Made by a program: the position numbers and the translations under genes | Notes under the pieces: model-generated | What the model saw: only the letters and a program-made list of their open reading frames with translations | The model's database searches: none | Told to the model about the DNA's origin: nothing | Assembly (NCBI GenBank): GCA_029066805.1 | Contig: JAIEFT010000013.1 | Coordinates: 1,167 to 65,166, forward strand | Source of the DNA: Clostridiales bacterium | GTDB taxonomy: Bacteria > Bacillota > Clostridia > Christensenellales > Pumilibacteraceae | Length of the DNA stretch: 64,000 nt | Direction: 5' to 3' | Shown: one piece after another, positions 56,584-64,000 of the stretch | Layout: each line of letters opens with the position of its first letter | How positions within the stretch are numbered: the stretch's first letter is position 1

Positions 56584-57570
56584 ATGTTTGGATATTTCAG
56601 ACCGTATGATGCCGGTCTTACTTGCAGTCAACTAAGGACTTTTCGCGCGTATTATTGTAGACTGTGCTGCGGCTTGCGCAGTATGGGCGGACAGCGTGCG
56701 CGGTTTTTAACAACGTTTGACGCAACCGTATACTATATGATTTACAGCATGGCGAGCGGGTTACCCACACCGCCATCTTTTCGTTGCGAAAAACTTTCCA
56801 AAGCGGGCATGCGCATATCGGAAAAGGACGAGCTTGCCATGCGGTTTGTGCGCGGCATACTTGTAGCACTCGGCGAAAAAATGCGCGACGATCGCTTGGA
56901 CGGCGATAGATTCAAAGCGAATATCCTAAAGCTGATGGTAGGCAAAATCATAAAAAAGGCGCAGGAGTCCGAGCCCAATCTGGCAAGGGTCACTTACGAA
57001 GGGATAGAGCGCATCAATCGTTTGCAAGAGCGCAAGGCGGCGGTGCTCGATTTGCTTGACGCTTACGGGGAAACCATGGCTGACAGCCTGCGCTGTATAG
57101 GCGAAGTGCCTAAAAAATATGAGGAACTTCAAAAGGCGATCGCCGCTTGGACGTTCTATGTGGATATACTTTGCGATTACGACGAGGATGTTAAAACAAA
57201 CAAGTTCAATCCGCTAAAGCAAGACGATTCGCCTACGCTTGAAGTTTTGTTCAACAACGAGTACGCCATGCTTTTCGAGCTTAACCGCACAGTCTGCGGC
57301 AGAGTGGTGGACGCACTTAACGCGACCAAAAACCAAAGCACGGAATGGTACGCTATTCGCGGCATACTCACTCACGCCATGGTAAGCGTCGTGCCCGATA
57401 TATTGGAAGGCAAGGACGTCAAGTTCAAGTACTTCCGCGAGCTAACCAAAAACATGCGCGCCATGAAAAAGAGTCGCAAAAGGTTTGACGAGGCGGACAG
57501 GTATGTTCAACGCACGACGGGCGAGGAGCGGAAAAACGGAAAGGGAGAAAAAGGTGGAGAATCGGATTAG
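56584..57570 (+). CDS. DUF5685-like protein
   Basis: N-terminus MFGYFRPY...YYCRLCCGL is the pattern I associate with DUF5685. Asp-rich motifs DDRLD (56887-56901) and DYDED (57175-57189). Confidence 0.6.
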   Translation: MFGYFRPYDAGLTCSQLRTFRAYYCRLCCGLRSMGGQRARFLTTFDATVYYMIYSMASGLPTPPSFRCEKLSKAGMRISEKDELAMRFVRGILVALGEKMRDDRLDGDRFKANILKLMVGKIIKKAQESEPNLARVTYEGIERINRLQERKAAVLDLLDAYGETMADSLRCIGEVPKKYEELQKAIAAWTFYVDILCDYDEDVKTNKFNPLKQDDSPTLEVLFNNEYAMLFELNRTVCGRVVDALNATKNQSTEWYAIRGILTHAMVSVVPDILEGKDVKFKYFRELTKNMRAMKKSRKRFDEADRYVQRTTGEERKNGKGEKGGESD

Positions 57571-57573
57571 AAT

Positions 57574-58722
57574 ATGGACAGAATAAACATTATTGTAAAG
57601 GTCACGGAGGCGTGCAACCTCAGGTGCAAATATTGCTATAACAAGGATTCGGACTACTCGGCGCAAGTGCTCGGCTTGGAGCGGTTTACCAAGCTTATAG
57701 ATATCGTCGCACCGTACCGCAAGGACATACACATAATCTGGCACGGCGGCGAGCCGCTCACAGCAGGATTAGAGTACTTTGAAAACGCCATGCGCATAGA
57801 GGACGCAGCGCAAACCAAATATCGCGTAACTATAAAGAATCAGATTCAGACCAACGGCACGCTCATTGACAAAAAGTGGATAGAGTTGTTTAAAAAATAC
57901 GACATAAAGCCGGGTATATCGTTTGACGGACTGCAAAACGACAAGTACAGGCAGAGGACGGAAGATACACTAAGGGCGTTTAAGCTTCTCGCCAAAAACG
58001 GTATGCGGTCGGCAGCCATGGCTGTTGTCGCCGACGACGATTACGATATTTTGGAAAACTACAAGTACTTTGCCAAGCTCGGCATCAATGTTGAATTCTC
58101 GCCCGTGTTTGAGGAAGGCGGGGCGGCGGAAATGGGCAGCCGTGCACAGCGGTTTGCCGAAAATATGACGGAGCTTTTCGACTACTGGCTGTACGATAAA
58201 AACGGCGTGGACGTACGCTTGTTCGCTACGTATGTGTCAATGGCGCTTGGTACGAATTTTCGCATTTGCAATAATTCATCCTGTCACGGCAAATATTTGG
58301 GCGTTGCGCCCGACGGCACAATCTACAACTGCGGCAGATACTCGGTCACGCAGTATCCGTTCGGGAATGTGGACGACTTTTCCGATCTTAACGAGATCTA
58401 CCGTTCGGACGGGTTCATGGGGCTTGTTGCGGGCGCGTTCGAGCGTCGGCAAAAGTGCAGGGAGTCTTGCGAGTACTTCAACCTTTGCAGCGGCGGCTGC
58501 ACCGACTGCGCTTTAATAGAAAACGGACTCAACAATATTCCGCAACAGAGCTGCATGTATTTTAAAACGCTGTACCCGCATATCAAGGCGGCGGTCGATA
58601 AGATTCTTGCGGAAAAACAACCGCTCGACGGCTTTAATCCATTTTTCCGCAGAGCGGTAATAAAGAGCTTTGCAGTCACCGACGACGCTACGGGCGCAGA
58701 CATTCAGGATAAGTACAAATGA
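57574..58722 (+). CDS. radical SAM / SPASM-domain enzyme (AnSME-like maturase)
   Basis: CNLRCKYC (CX3CX2C) near the N-terminus. C-terminal SPASM pattern CHGKYLGVAPDGTIYNC ... CRESCEYFNLCSGGC ... C. Confidence 0.88.
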   Translation: MDRINIIVKVTEACNLRCKYCYNKDSDYSAQVLGLERFTKLIDIVAPYRKDIHIIWHGGEPLTAGLEYFENAMRIEDAAQTKYRVTIKNQIQTNGTLIDKKWIELFKKYDIKPGISFDGLQNDKYRQRTEDTLRAFKLLAKNGMRSAAMAVVADDDYDILENYKYFAKLGINVEFSPVFEEGGAAEMGSRAQRFAENMTELFDYWLYDKNGVDVRLFATYVSMALGTNFRICNNSSCHGKYLGVAPDGTIYNCGRYSVTQYPFGNVDDFSDLNEIYRSDGFMGLVAGAFERRQKCRESCEYFNLCSGGCTDCALIENGLNNIPQQSCMYFKTLYPHIKAAVDKILAEKQPLDGFNPFFRRAVIKSFAVTDDATGADIQDKYK

Positions 58723-60218
58723 GCGAAACAACAAGAATACTGCTCGGCTACATTTTGTCGTTTGCATACATGATTTTTGTAATGCTTGTCGGCGAGGTGT
58801 TAAGCCGTAAGCTCGGAGTGGAAAGGGAAATATCACGCAAAATTTCGCACCTGCTGTCAAGCGCGTGCTGGATCATCTGCTATTTCTTTTCCGGTCCGAC
58901 ATACCATACGGTAATCATCAATGCCGCGGCGCTCATGCTGGTCGCGGCGGGCGAGTTCAGCGGCAAACTAAAGTCGGCGGTGCGCGAGGGCGACGGCGGC
59001 GAAGAGCGAAAGTCGAGCAAGGGATTCGGCATGAGCTTTTTTTGCTTTAGCACGTTAGTTGCAATGTGCATAACAGTGTTTGCGTACCCGCAGCTTTTTG
59101 CCACTACCGGCGTGGCATACTACAGCCTCGCGTTGGGCGACGGGCTTGCGCCTATCGGTAAGCGAATAGCCGGCAAGTATAACATCAAGGTGTTCGGCAA
59201 TAAAACGCTCGTCGGCATGATAATGGTGTTTGTCGTGTCGTCGCTCGTTGCCATGACGATAAGCCTTATCTTCGGTCTGGGCTATGACGCGCTGTTCATA
59301 ATATCGCTTGGTGCGCTCGCCGCGGTTGCCGAGCTGATAGGGACGCGCGGTACGGATAATATTCTGGTCGAGTTTTTTGTGTTCGCATATGCGGCGATGT
59401 TTGCTTTCGGCGTAGTGCCGCAGGCGCTCGAGGTAGCCATAATAATAGCCGCGCCCATGTTTGTGGTGGACTCGGTCAAGCAGACGCTCACGCCTGCCGC
59501 CAATATAATATCGTATCTGTACTTGCTTGTTTCGGTGTTTTGCTTGGGATATGTGTTCTTGGTCACGGCGGTATGCCTGTTCGCCGCGGAAGCGGTAATT
59601 TCGCGCGTGACCGGCAAAATATTCAATAGCAAAAATGAGGACGGCGACGCGGAAAAGTCAACGCGCGGCGGCTGGCAGATTTTGGTAAACAGTGTGGTAA
59701 TCATGCTGTTTACACTGCTGCTCCGTGTGCTCGACGTAAGGGCGCTCGCGTTTGTCGCGTTTGCCGTTTTGGTGGAAGAGTTTACCGACAGCGTCGCTTC
59801 GGACGTCGGGCGGCTCGCCAAAAAACCGCCGATAGATATACTCAGGTTCAGGCGCGTCAAGGCGGGCGTAAGCGGCGGAGTAAGCCTGCTTGGGTCTTGT
59901 GCCGCAGTTATTTGCGCGGCGGTCGGTGCGGCATTGCCGTTTGTATTCTTTGCATTCGACATAAGAGCGTACTTTGTAATACTTGGATGTGCGGTGCTCG
60001 GCATGGTTATAGACAGCGTGCTCGGGTCGTCGATTCAGGCGTTATATAAGTGCTCGGTGTGCGGAAAGACGACGGAAAGATCCGAGCATTGCGGTACGGG
60101 CGCAGAGCTTGTCAAGGGTGTAAGGATTGTCAATAACAGCATGGTAAATCTGTTAAGCGCGGTCACAACCGCCGCGATTGCCGTGACGATTTTGATGTGC
60201 TGCGGGATTGCGATGTGA
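58719..60218 (+). CDS. fused polytopic membrane protein: VTE5/dolichol-kinase-like N-half + DUF92 (VTE6-like) C-half
   Basis: N-half: SRKISHLL, LGDGLAPIGKRIAGK, GNKTLVG. C-half: RGGWQILVNS, EEFTDSVASDVGR, GVSLLGS, IDSVLGSSIQ, plus zinc-ribbon CSVCG..HCG. ATGA overlap with the rSAM gene. Confidence 0.7.
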   Translation: MSETTRILLGYILSFAYMIFVMLVGEVLSRKLGVEREISRKISHLLSSACWIICYFFSGPTYHTVIINAAALMLVAAGEFSGKLKSAVREGDGGEERKSSKGFGMSFFCFSTLVAMCITVFAYPQLFATTGVAYYSLALGDGLAPIGKRIAGKYNIKVFGNKTLVGMIMVFVVSSLVAMTISLIFGLGYDALFIISLGALAAVAELIGTRGTDNILVEFFVFAYAAMFAFGVVPQALEVAIIIAAPMFVVDSVKQTLTPAANIISYLYLLVSVFCLGYVFLVTAVCLFAAEAVISRVTGKIFNSKNEDGDAEKSTRGGWQILVNSVVIMLFTLLLRVLDVRALAFVAFAVLVEEFTDSVASDVGRLAKKPPIDILRFRRVKAGVSGGVSLLGSCAAVICAAVGAALPFVFFAFDIRAYFVILGCAVLGMVIDSVLGSSIQALYKCSVCGKTTERSEHCGTGAELVKGVRIVNNSMVNLLSAVTTAAIAVTILMCCGIAM

Positions 60219-60970
60219 TGGGAAAACGCGAAAAACAACTGATAGAAATAGAAAACAGCGACATCGGCATTTTGCGGTTTTGCTTGAAAGTGCTGTACGA
60301 GCACGACAACGACGAGCTTGCTTGGCGGCTGATTGAACGGTTCGGCGGAGTGTCGGGAATTTTCAGCGCGTCTCACGAGGAGCTGATGCAGATCGACGGC
60401 ATGACGGACAGAGTGGCAACGTTTTTCACTGTTATGCGCCCTTTGCAAAGACAGGCGCAGCTTCGCGCCGTAAAGGACTTTAAGGTGACGTCCGAGCGCG
60501 ATATGGCGGAATACGCCGCGGTGTATTTTATGAACGAGTACAACCCTGCGGACGTGTGCGCGTGCTTGGATAAAAGAGGCAGGATTATCTGCGCCGAACG
60601 ACTGGGCAAGGAGGAGTGCGTGCGCGAGATTGCTGCGCTCGCGTGCAAAAGAAACGCGCAAAAGATTGCGCTATTGCGGTTTGAGCCGAGACTGAACAGA
60701 AAGGCAGTGCTGCCCGCGCCCGAAACTCAAAAGACGTTGATGCGGATTACAAAGCTGATTGGGTCGCTGGATATGGACTTTGTGGATTATGTCGAGTATG
60801 CGAAAAATATGTTCTTTTCGCTAAGACGCGCAGTGAGCGGGGATATCGGCGTGTATCATGTTTTTAACGCAAAAGAGGAAAAGTATAAACTGTGGAATAG
60901 TGTTTCCGACGACATTGCCAAGTACTACTCTGTGTGCGTTGCCCACGCGATTGAGCAAGGACTTAAATAA
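60218..60970 (+). CDS. RadC-like protein with degenerate JAB/MPN motif
   Basis: FGGVSGIFSASHEELMQIDGM (HhH-like) and ...CVREIAALACKRNAQKIALLRFEP where RadC normally has HNHPSG. Start at ATG 60218 (TGATG overlap). Confidence 0.6.
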   Translation: MGKREKQLIEIENSDIGILRFCLKVLYEHDNDELAWRLIERFGGVSGIFSASHEELMQIDGMTDRVATFFTVMRPLQRQAQLRAVKDFKVTSERDMAEYAAVYFMNEYNPADVCACLDKRGRIICAERLGKEECVREIAALACKRNAQKIALLRFEPRLNRKAVLPAPETQKTLMRITKLIGSLDMDFVDYVEYAKNMFFSLRRAVSGDIGVYHVFNAKEEKYKLWNSVSDDIAKYYSVCVAHAIEQGLK

Positions 60971-61028
60971 ATCAATAGAAATAGCGGCAGAGTAAAATCA
61001 CTAATTGTAAATAATTTCGATAAAGCAT

Positions 61029-61057
61029 TTGACAAAACGCACCCGATGTTGTAAAAT
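61029..61057 (+). promoter_or_regulatory. sigma-70-type promoter of tRNA-Pro
   Basis: TTGACA, 17 nt, TAAAAT, 21 nt before the tRNA 5' end. Confidence 0.6.
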
Positions 61058-61078
61058 AGTCATACACAAAAAATGTGC

Positions 61079-61154
61079 CGAGGTGTAGCGCAGTTGGTAG
61101 CGCGCATGGTTCGGGACCATGAGGCCGCGAGTTCGAGTCTCGCCACTTCGACCA
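61079..61154 (+). tRNA. tRNA-Pro (anticodon CGG), CCA encoded
   Basis: Hand-folded cloverleaf: acceptor CGAGGTG/CACTTCG (C1-G72), D stem GCGC/GCGC, anticodon stem CATGG/CCATG with loop TTCGGGA, T arm GCGAG-TTCGAGT-CTCGC, A73, CCA. 76 nt. Confidence 0.9.
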
Positions 61155-61259
61155 GCAGGGCAAAAGCCCACGTAAAAAGGCTATCCTTAACCACAGGACA
61201 GCCTTTTATCATGTGTTTTGACCACTCGCGCGCTCATGATAAATCGTTTTCGGTACGTT

Positions 61260-61282
61260 TTAGTGTCAAAATTAGTGTCAAA
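61260..61282 (+). repeat. tandem 11-bp direct repeats TTAGTGTCAAA x2 (candidate integrase arm sites)
   Basis: 61260-61270 and 61272-61282, with a third degenerate copy aatgtcaat at about 61303. Lies between the tRNA and the int stop. Confidence 0.5.
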
Positions 61283-61306
61283 TACCGGAGCGAATAAACG
61301 GTAATG

Positions 61307-62440
61307 TCAATCGTCGGAGTCCGACGGATCTTCGGCGAACAGAGAATCGAGCTTAGCCGCCTCGGATAAACTTAATTCACGACTAACATCACTGTAAATA
61401 TCAGCCGTAGTACTAATCTCACTATGCCCAAGCCATGTCTGAACTACTTTTATAGGCACTCCTGCTTCTAACGCCCTTGTGGCGAACGTATGCCGAAGAT
61501 CATGCAAGTTATGAGCCGGACAAAACTTTTTAAACTGCCGAGATACATAATCGGACTTAAAATCAAACAGCTTCCCGATGGATGGCAGCACGGATAAAAT
61601 TTTTGATATAGTGTCAAACAAGGGTATTACCCGGTCCGACAATTCAGTTTTTGTGCCGCGAATATGTATTGTCTTTTGTTGCTCGTCTATATCCTCGCGG
61701 CGAACTGCCAAAGCTTCATTCCGGCGACAACCACTATATAGACAAAACAAGTAATAATATTCAAGCTTGTCCCCGCGAATAGCTTGAATAAACTCCGACT
61801 GCTCGGCTACTGAGAGCGCCATGCCTTTATCCCGCTTAGCCTTTACGCGCTTTACGGCAAGCATAGGATTGTAATCTATAAGCCGCTCGGCAACCGCTTG
61901 CCGAAACGCTCCTGTCAAAAGATTATGCACGCTCTCCCGCGTTCGAATAGCTTCTATAGAGCTTAACAGTTTTTGTATATCCATAGGCTTGACTACGGCA
62001 AGCGATATAGCGTTATCTATATGAGGAATAACATGCAGCCGAATATTACGCTCCATTTGCTTGTAAGTCTCGGCGGCGACTTCGCCTTGCTTATATGTGC
62101 GAATAAACTCAGTCAGCCATTCTATGAGAGTGTACTCTGAGGATACGGCTTTGTCTCTAAGCTCTATAGCCTTATTGAGCTTTGTCAAACAATCATCATA
62201 AGCGCGAGCATAAACAGAACGCTGTTTCCCATCCTGCATATACCGCCCCTCATACCGTCCGTCCCTGCGCTGCAATATGCAGCCTTCTTTTGGTTTTTTC
62301 CTACGTGGTGTCATGATTAAGATTTTATCCCTCCGTTCCTGTACTTCGATGTCGATATCGTTCAAAAGCGACACGAGCTTAAACGCTATCTTGTTGAGCT
62401 GTTCGGCATATTGCCGAATTAGTTGTTCATTTGTATTCAT
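61307..62440 (-). CDS. int: tyrosine-type site-specific integrase
   Basis: C-terminal HDLRHTFATRALEAGV...LGHSEISTTADIYSDV (R..HxxR..Y). Start at ATG 62440 behind GGAGGT. Confidence 0.9.
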   Translation of the reverse strand: MNTNEQLIRQYAEQLNKIAFKLVSLLNDIDIEVQERRDKILIMTPRRKKPKEGCILQRRDGRYEGRYMQDGKQRSVYARAYDDCLTKLNKAIELRDKAVSSEYTLIEWLTEFIRTYKQGEVAAETYKQMERNIRLHVIPHIDNAISLAVVKPMDIQKLLSSIEAIRTRESVHNLLTGAFRQAVAERLIDYNPMLAVKRVKAKRDKGMALSVAEQSEFIQAIRGDKLEYYYLFCLYSGCRRNEALAVRREDIDEQQKTIHIRGTKTELSDRVIPLFDTISKILSVLPSIGKLFDFKSDYVSRQFKKFCPAHNLHDLRHTFATRALEAGVPIKVVQTWLGHSEISTTADIYSDVSRELSLSEAAKLDSLFAEDPSDSDD

Positions 62441-62485
62441 ATACTTTACCTCCATGGGCAAAGTATAACGATATAAATTTAAACT

Positions 62486-63754
62486 TTAAAACGGATGCTC
62501 AAGCTTATCAATTTCGCGACATTCCTCGAGCCATGCCCTAAATAAACGCTTGGATATAAACGTAATATTCTTATTCTTTAAATCATGCATTAGCTTTTCC
62601 AGCTCCACAGAAGTATTTACTTCGGGTTTTTCAAACAGCCTTAGCCTTGCTAAAACTTCGGCATAAGCTTCCTCGACACTAGCATCCACCTCGTCGTTTT
62701 CGGCAACACGGTACAACAAACCATACCCTTGCATGACCTTGCAGCGATACAACACGCTATACAACACTTTAAACTGTTCATAAGTAAGAAACGCCGCGCC
62801 GTCTTTGGTAAGCTTAGTCACATACTTAAATACCTCGTGCCAACCGTCGTCCTCAACTTCATTAAGTGTGCAGCTGTAGCCGTCCGGCATAGTGGATATG
62901 TTCTCAAGATTGACCTTTGTATTATTTAAAGCTAAAAACCATATCTTTTGTATGAGAATCTCAAGCTCGGAAAATATACGCTCAAGCTTGCCGTGATTGA
63001 AGCTGTAGCAATTAACGAACTCCTTATAAAGCGGCAAGTCTTTTTTTAAAAGTATGGCACTATGTATATGCGGATGAAAGTCCGTAGGATTCGTGACTAT
63101 TTCCAAACACCGAACCGCGCCACCATATCCGTACTGCGCAAAATCCACACCTTTTATTTTTGCGTCGCCGGAGAAGTAGCGAATAAGCTTTTTAAAAGCA
63201 TTAAACATACTGCCCACTGTTTTTTCTAATACGGTGCCGCCAACGTTTGGAACAGTTAAAGTCAAGTGATATAAATCATATGTATTACGCAGTTCGTCAA
63301 ACACCGGAGTGAATCGCATAAGCCGGGAAGCTTGCTTAAGGTGCTGACAGTTCACGCAGAATTTATCATGACAGAGCTGTACGTTCTTTACGTCAAAAAC
63401 TCGCTGAAGGCGGTAGTGATCACCAAACCAAAACTTGTTGCAATTATGTACACGCTCGCCAAGAGTCCGATACTTATTAAGATTTGTCTCGGTATATAGC
63501 CGCTCGTAATACTCGCTGTAAATATCATTGAAATCGCGATTATGCGAAACGGTATCAACATAATCTTCGGTAATCTTGAGTTCTTCCGGAATTTCATAAT
63601 ACAAATCATTGCCGACAGCTCGTTCGGCTTGACGCTCGTGCTTAAGCTGCTCTGCTTGTGCCGACAAAATCTTCCGTTTACGCGCACCATTCTCGCGTGC
63701 CTTTGCAAGCCTTGCTGCACGTTGTGCGGATTTCTTGAACTCCCCAAGTTTCAT
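62486..63754 (-). CDS. rep: rolling-circle replication initiator (Rep_1/pC194-pUB110-like HUH protein)
   Basis: HUH motif DFHPHIHSAILL and downstream EVFKYVTKLTK (catalytic Tyr motif). GGAGA SD. Confidence 0.75.
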   Translation of the reverse strand: MKLGEFKKSAQRAARLAKARENGARKRKILSAQAEQLKHERQAERAVGNDLYYEIPEELKITEDYVDTVSHNRDFNDIYSEYYERLYTETNLNKYRTLGERVHNCNKFWFGDHYRLQRVFDVKNVQLCHDKFCVNCQHLKQASRLMRFTPVFDELRNTYDLYHLTLTVPNVGGTVLEKTVGSMFNAFKKLIRYFSGDAKIKGVDFAQYGYGGAVRCLEIVTNPTDFHPHIHSAILLKKDLPLYKEFVNCYSFNHGKLERIFSELEILIQKIWFLALNNTKVNLENISTMPDGYSCTLNEVEDDGWHEVFKYVTKLTKDGAAFLTYEQFKVLYSVLYRCKVMQGYGLLYRVAENDEVDASVEEAYAEVLARLRLFEKPEVNTSVELEKLMHDLKNKNITFISKRLFRAWLEECREIDKLEHPF

Positions 63755-64000
63755 GTTTACTCTCCGATTTTAAGCTCGCGTGGGAGCTTAATTCTAATAT
63801 CTCAAGAGGTTGCCCTTCGCGGCGCTGCGCGCCGCTCGGTCAACCCGGTCCACGCCCGCCGACCGGGCAAGCCTTCCGTTCGGCGGGACGTGAGTATTTT
63901 GTAGCCGCCATGGGCGGCTCGGATGCCAGGCTCGCTCAGTTCGGACTGCTTGTCCGTTCGTTCGGCTCAGCATTATTTCGTGGGCTGCGCAGTTGCGAAC

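Larger units (their letters stand above)
61155..64000. mobile_element. integrated element at the 3' side of tRNA-Pro (int + RCR rep), right end outside window
   Basis: The integrase reads toward the tRNA. To the eye the segment is more AT-rich than flanking genes (composition not computed). It has arm-type repeats and a Rep gene. Confidence 0.7.

Noticed and set aside
57574-58722. The radical SAM enzyme read as an anaerobic sulfatase-maturating enzyme for a sulfatase.
   Set aside because: No sulfatase gene (C/S-x-P-x-R substrate) is present in the window, whereas a coupled small peptide gene is. This cannot be fully excluded without phylogeny, so it is retained as an alternative in the main finding.
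61073-61297. 74-aa plus-strand ORF.
   Set aside because: It overlaps the tRNA-Pro gene. It is an artefact of the structured tRNA sequence.

Overview
This is a 64-kb chromosomal segment, about 50% GC, with gene order and content typical of a Bacillota (Clostridia-like) bacterium. I saw no rRNA gene and no CRISPR array. All calls come from reading the sequence and ORF track only; no homology search was run.

- **1-12.8 kb, minus strand:** the complete S10-spc ribosomal-protein operon (rpsJ through rplO, secY, adk and the 5' part of map) sits behind a consensus promoter. Four cistron junctions carry 127-224 bp structured non-coding inserts, which is unusual.
- **12.9-29.4 kb:** small XRE regulators with palindromic operators, two tandem DUF2207-C-like membrane proteins, smpB, mnmE, rsmG and lepB. 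Also here are an orphan parB followed by three consensus parS sites, a ferritin-like di-iron protein, a PLD-family protein and ppa.
- **29.4-36 kb:** a Bacillus-type DnaB/DnaD initiator with a DnaI-like helicase loader, then sbcDC.
- **36-54.7 kb:** a DUF975 protein, a NifU-like + GGGtGRT gene pair, and two giant paralogous lipoproteins (one with an embedded TlpA-like thioredoxin domain). The block continues with an FMN riboswitch controlling ribU, an ACT + UPF0210 pair, pepF and the replicative helicase dnaB.
- **55.8-61.0 kb, best candidate for an undescribed system:** a translationally coupled operon. It encodes an HExxH protein, a 48-aa Asp/Tyr-rich peptide ending in Cys-Cys that is below the ORF-track size cut-off, and a DUF5685-like protein. 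These are followed by a radical SAM/SPASM enzyme, a fused VTE5-like/VTE6(DUF92)-like isoprenol kinase membrane protein and a degenerate RadC-like protein.
- **61.08 kb onward:** tRNA-Pro(CGG) is followed by an integrated element (tyrosine integrase + rolling-circle Rep) that runs off the window.
- **Throughout:** intergenic space is colonised by three repeat families.
  - TIR-bounded ~125-190 bp elements, always co-oriented with transcription.
  - GAATNNN heptamer arrays joined to palindromic hairpin units.
  - A ~415-bp composite element present twice in inverted orientation 10 kb apart.
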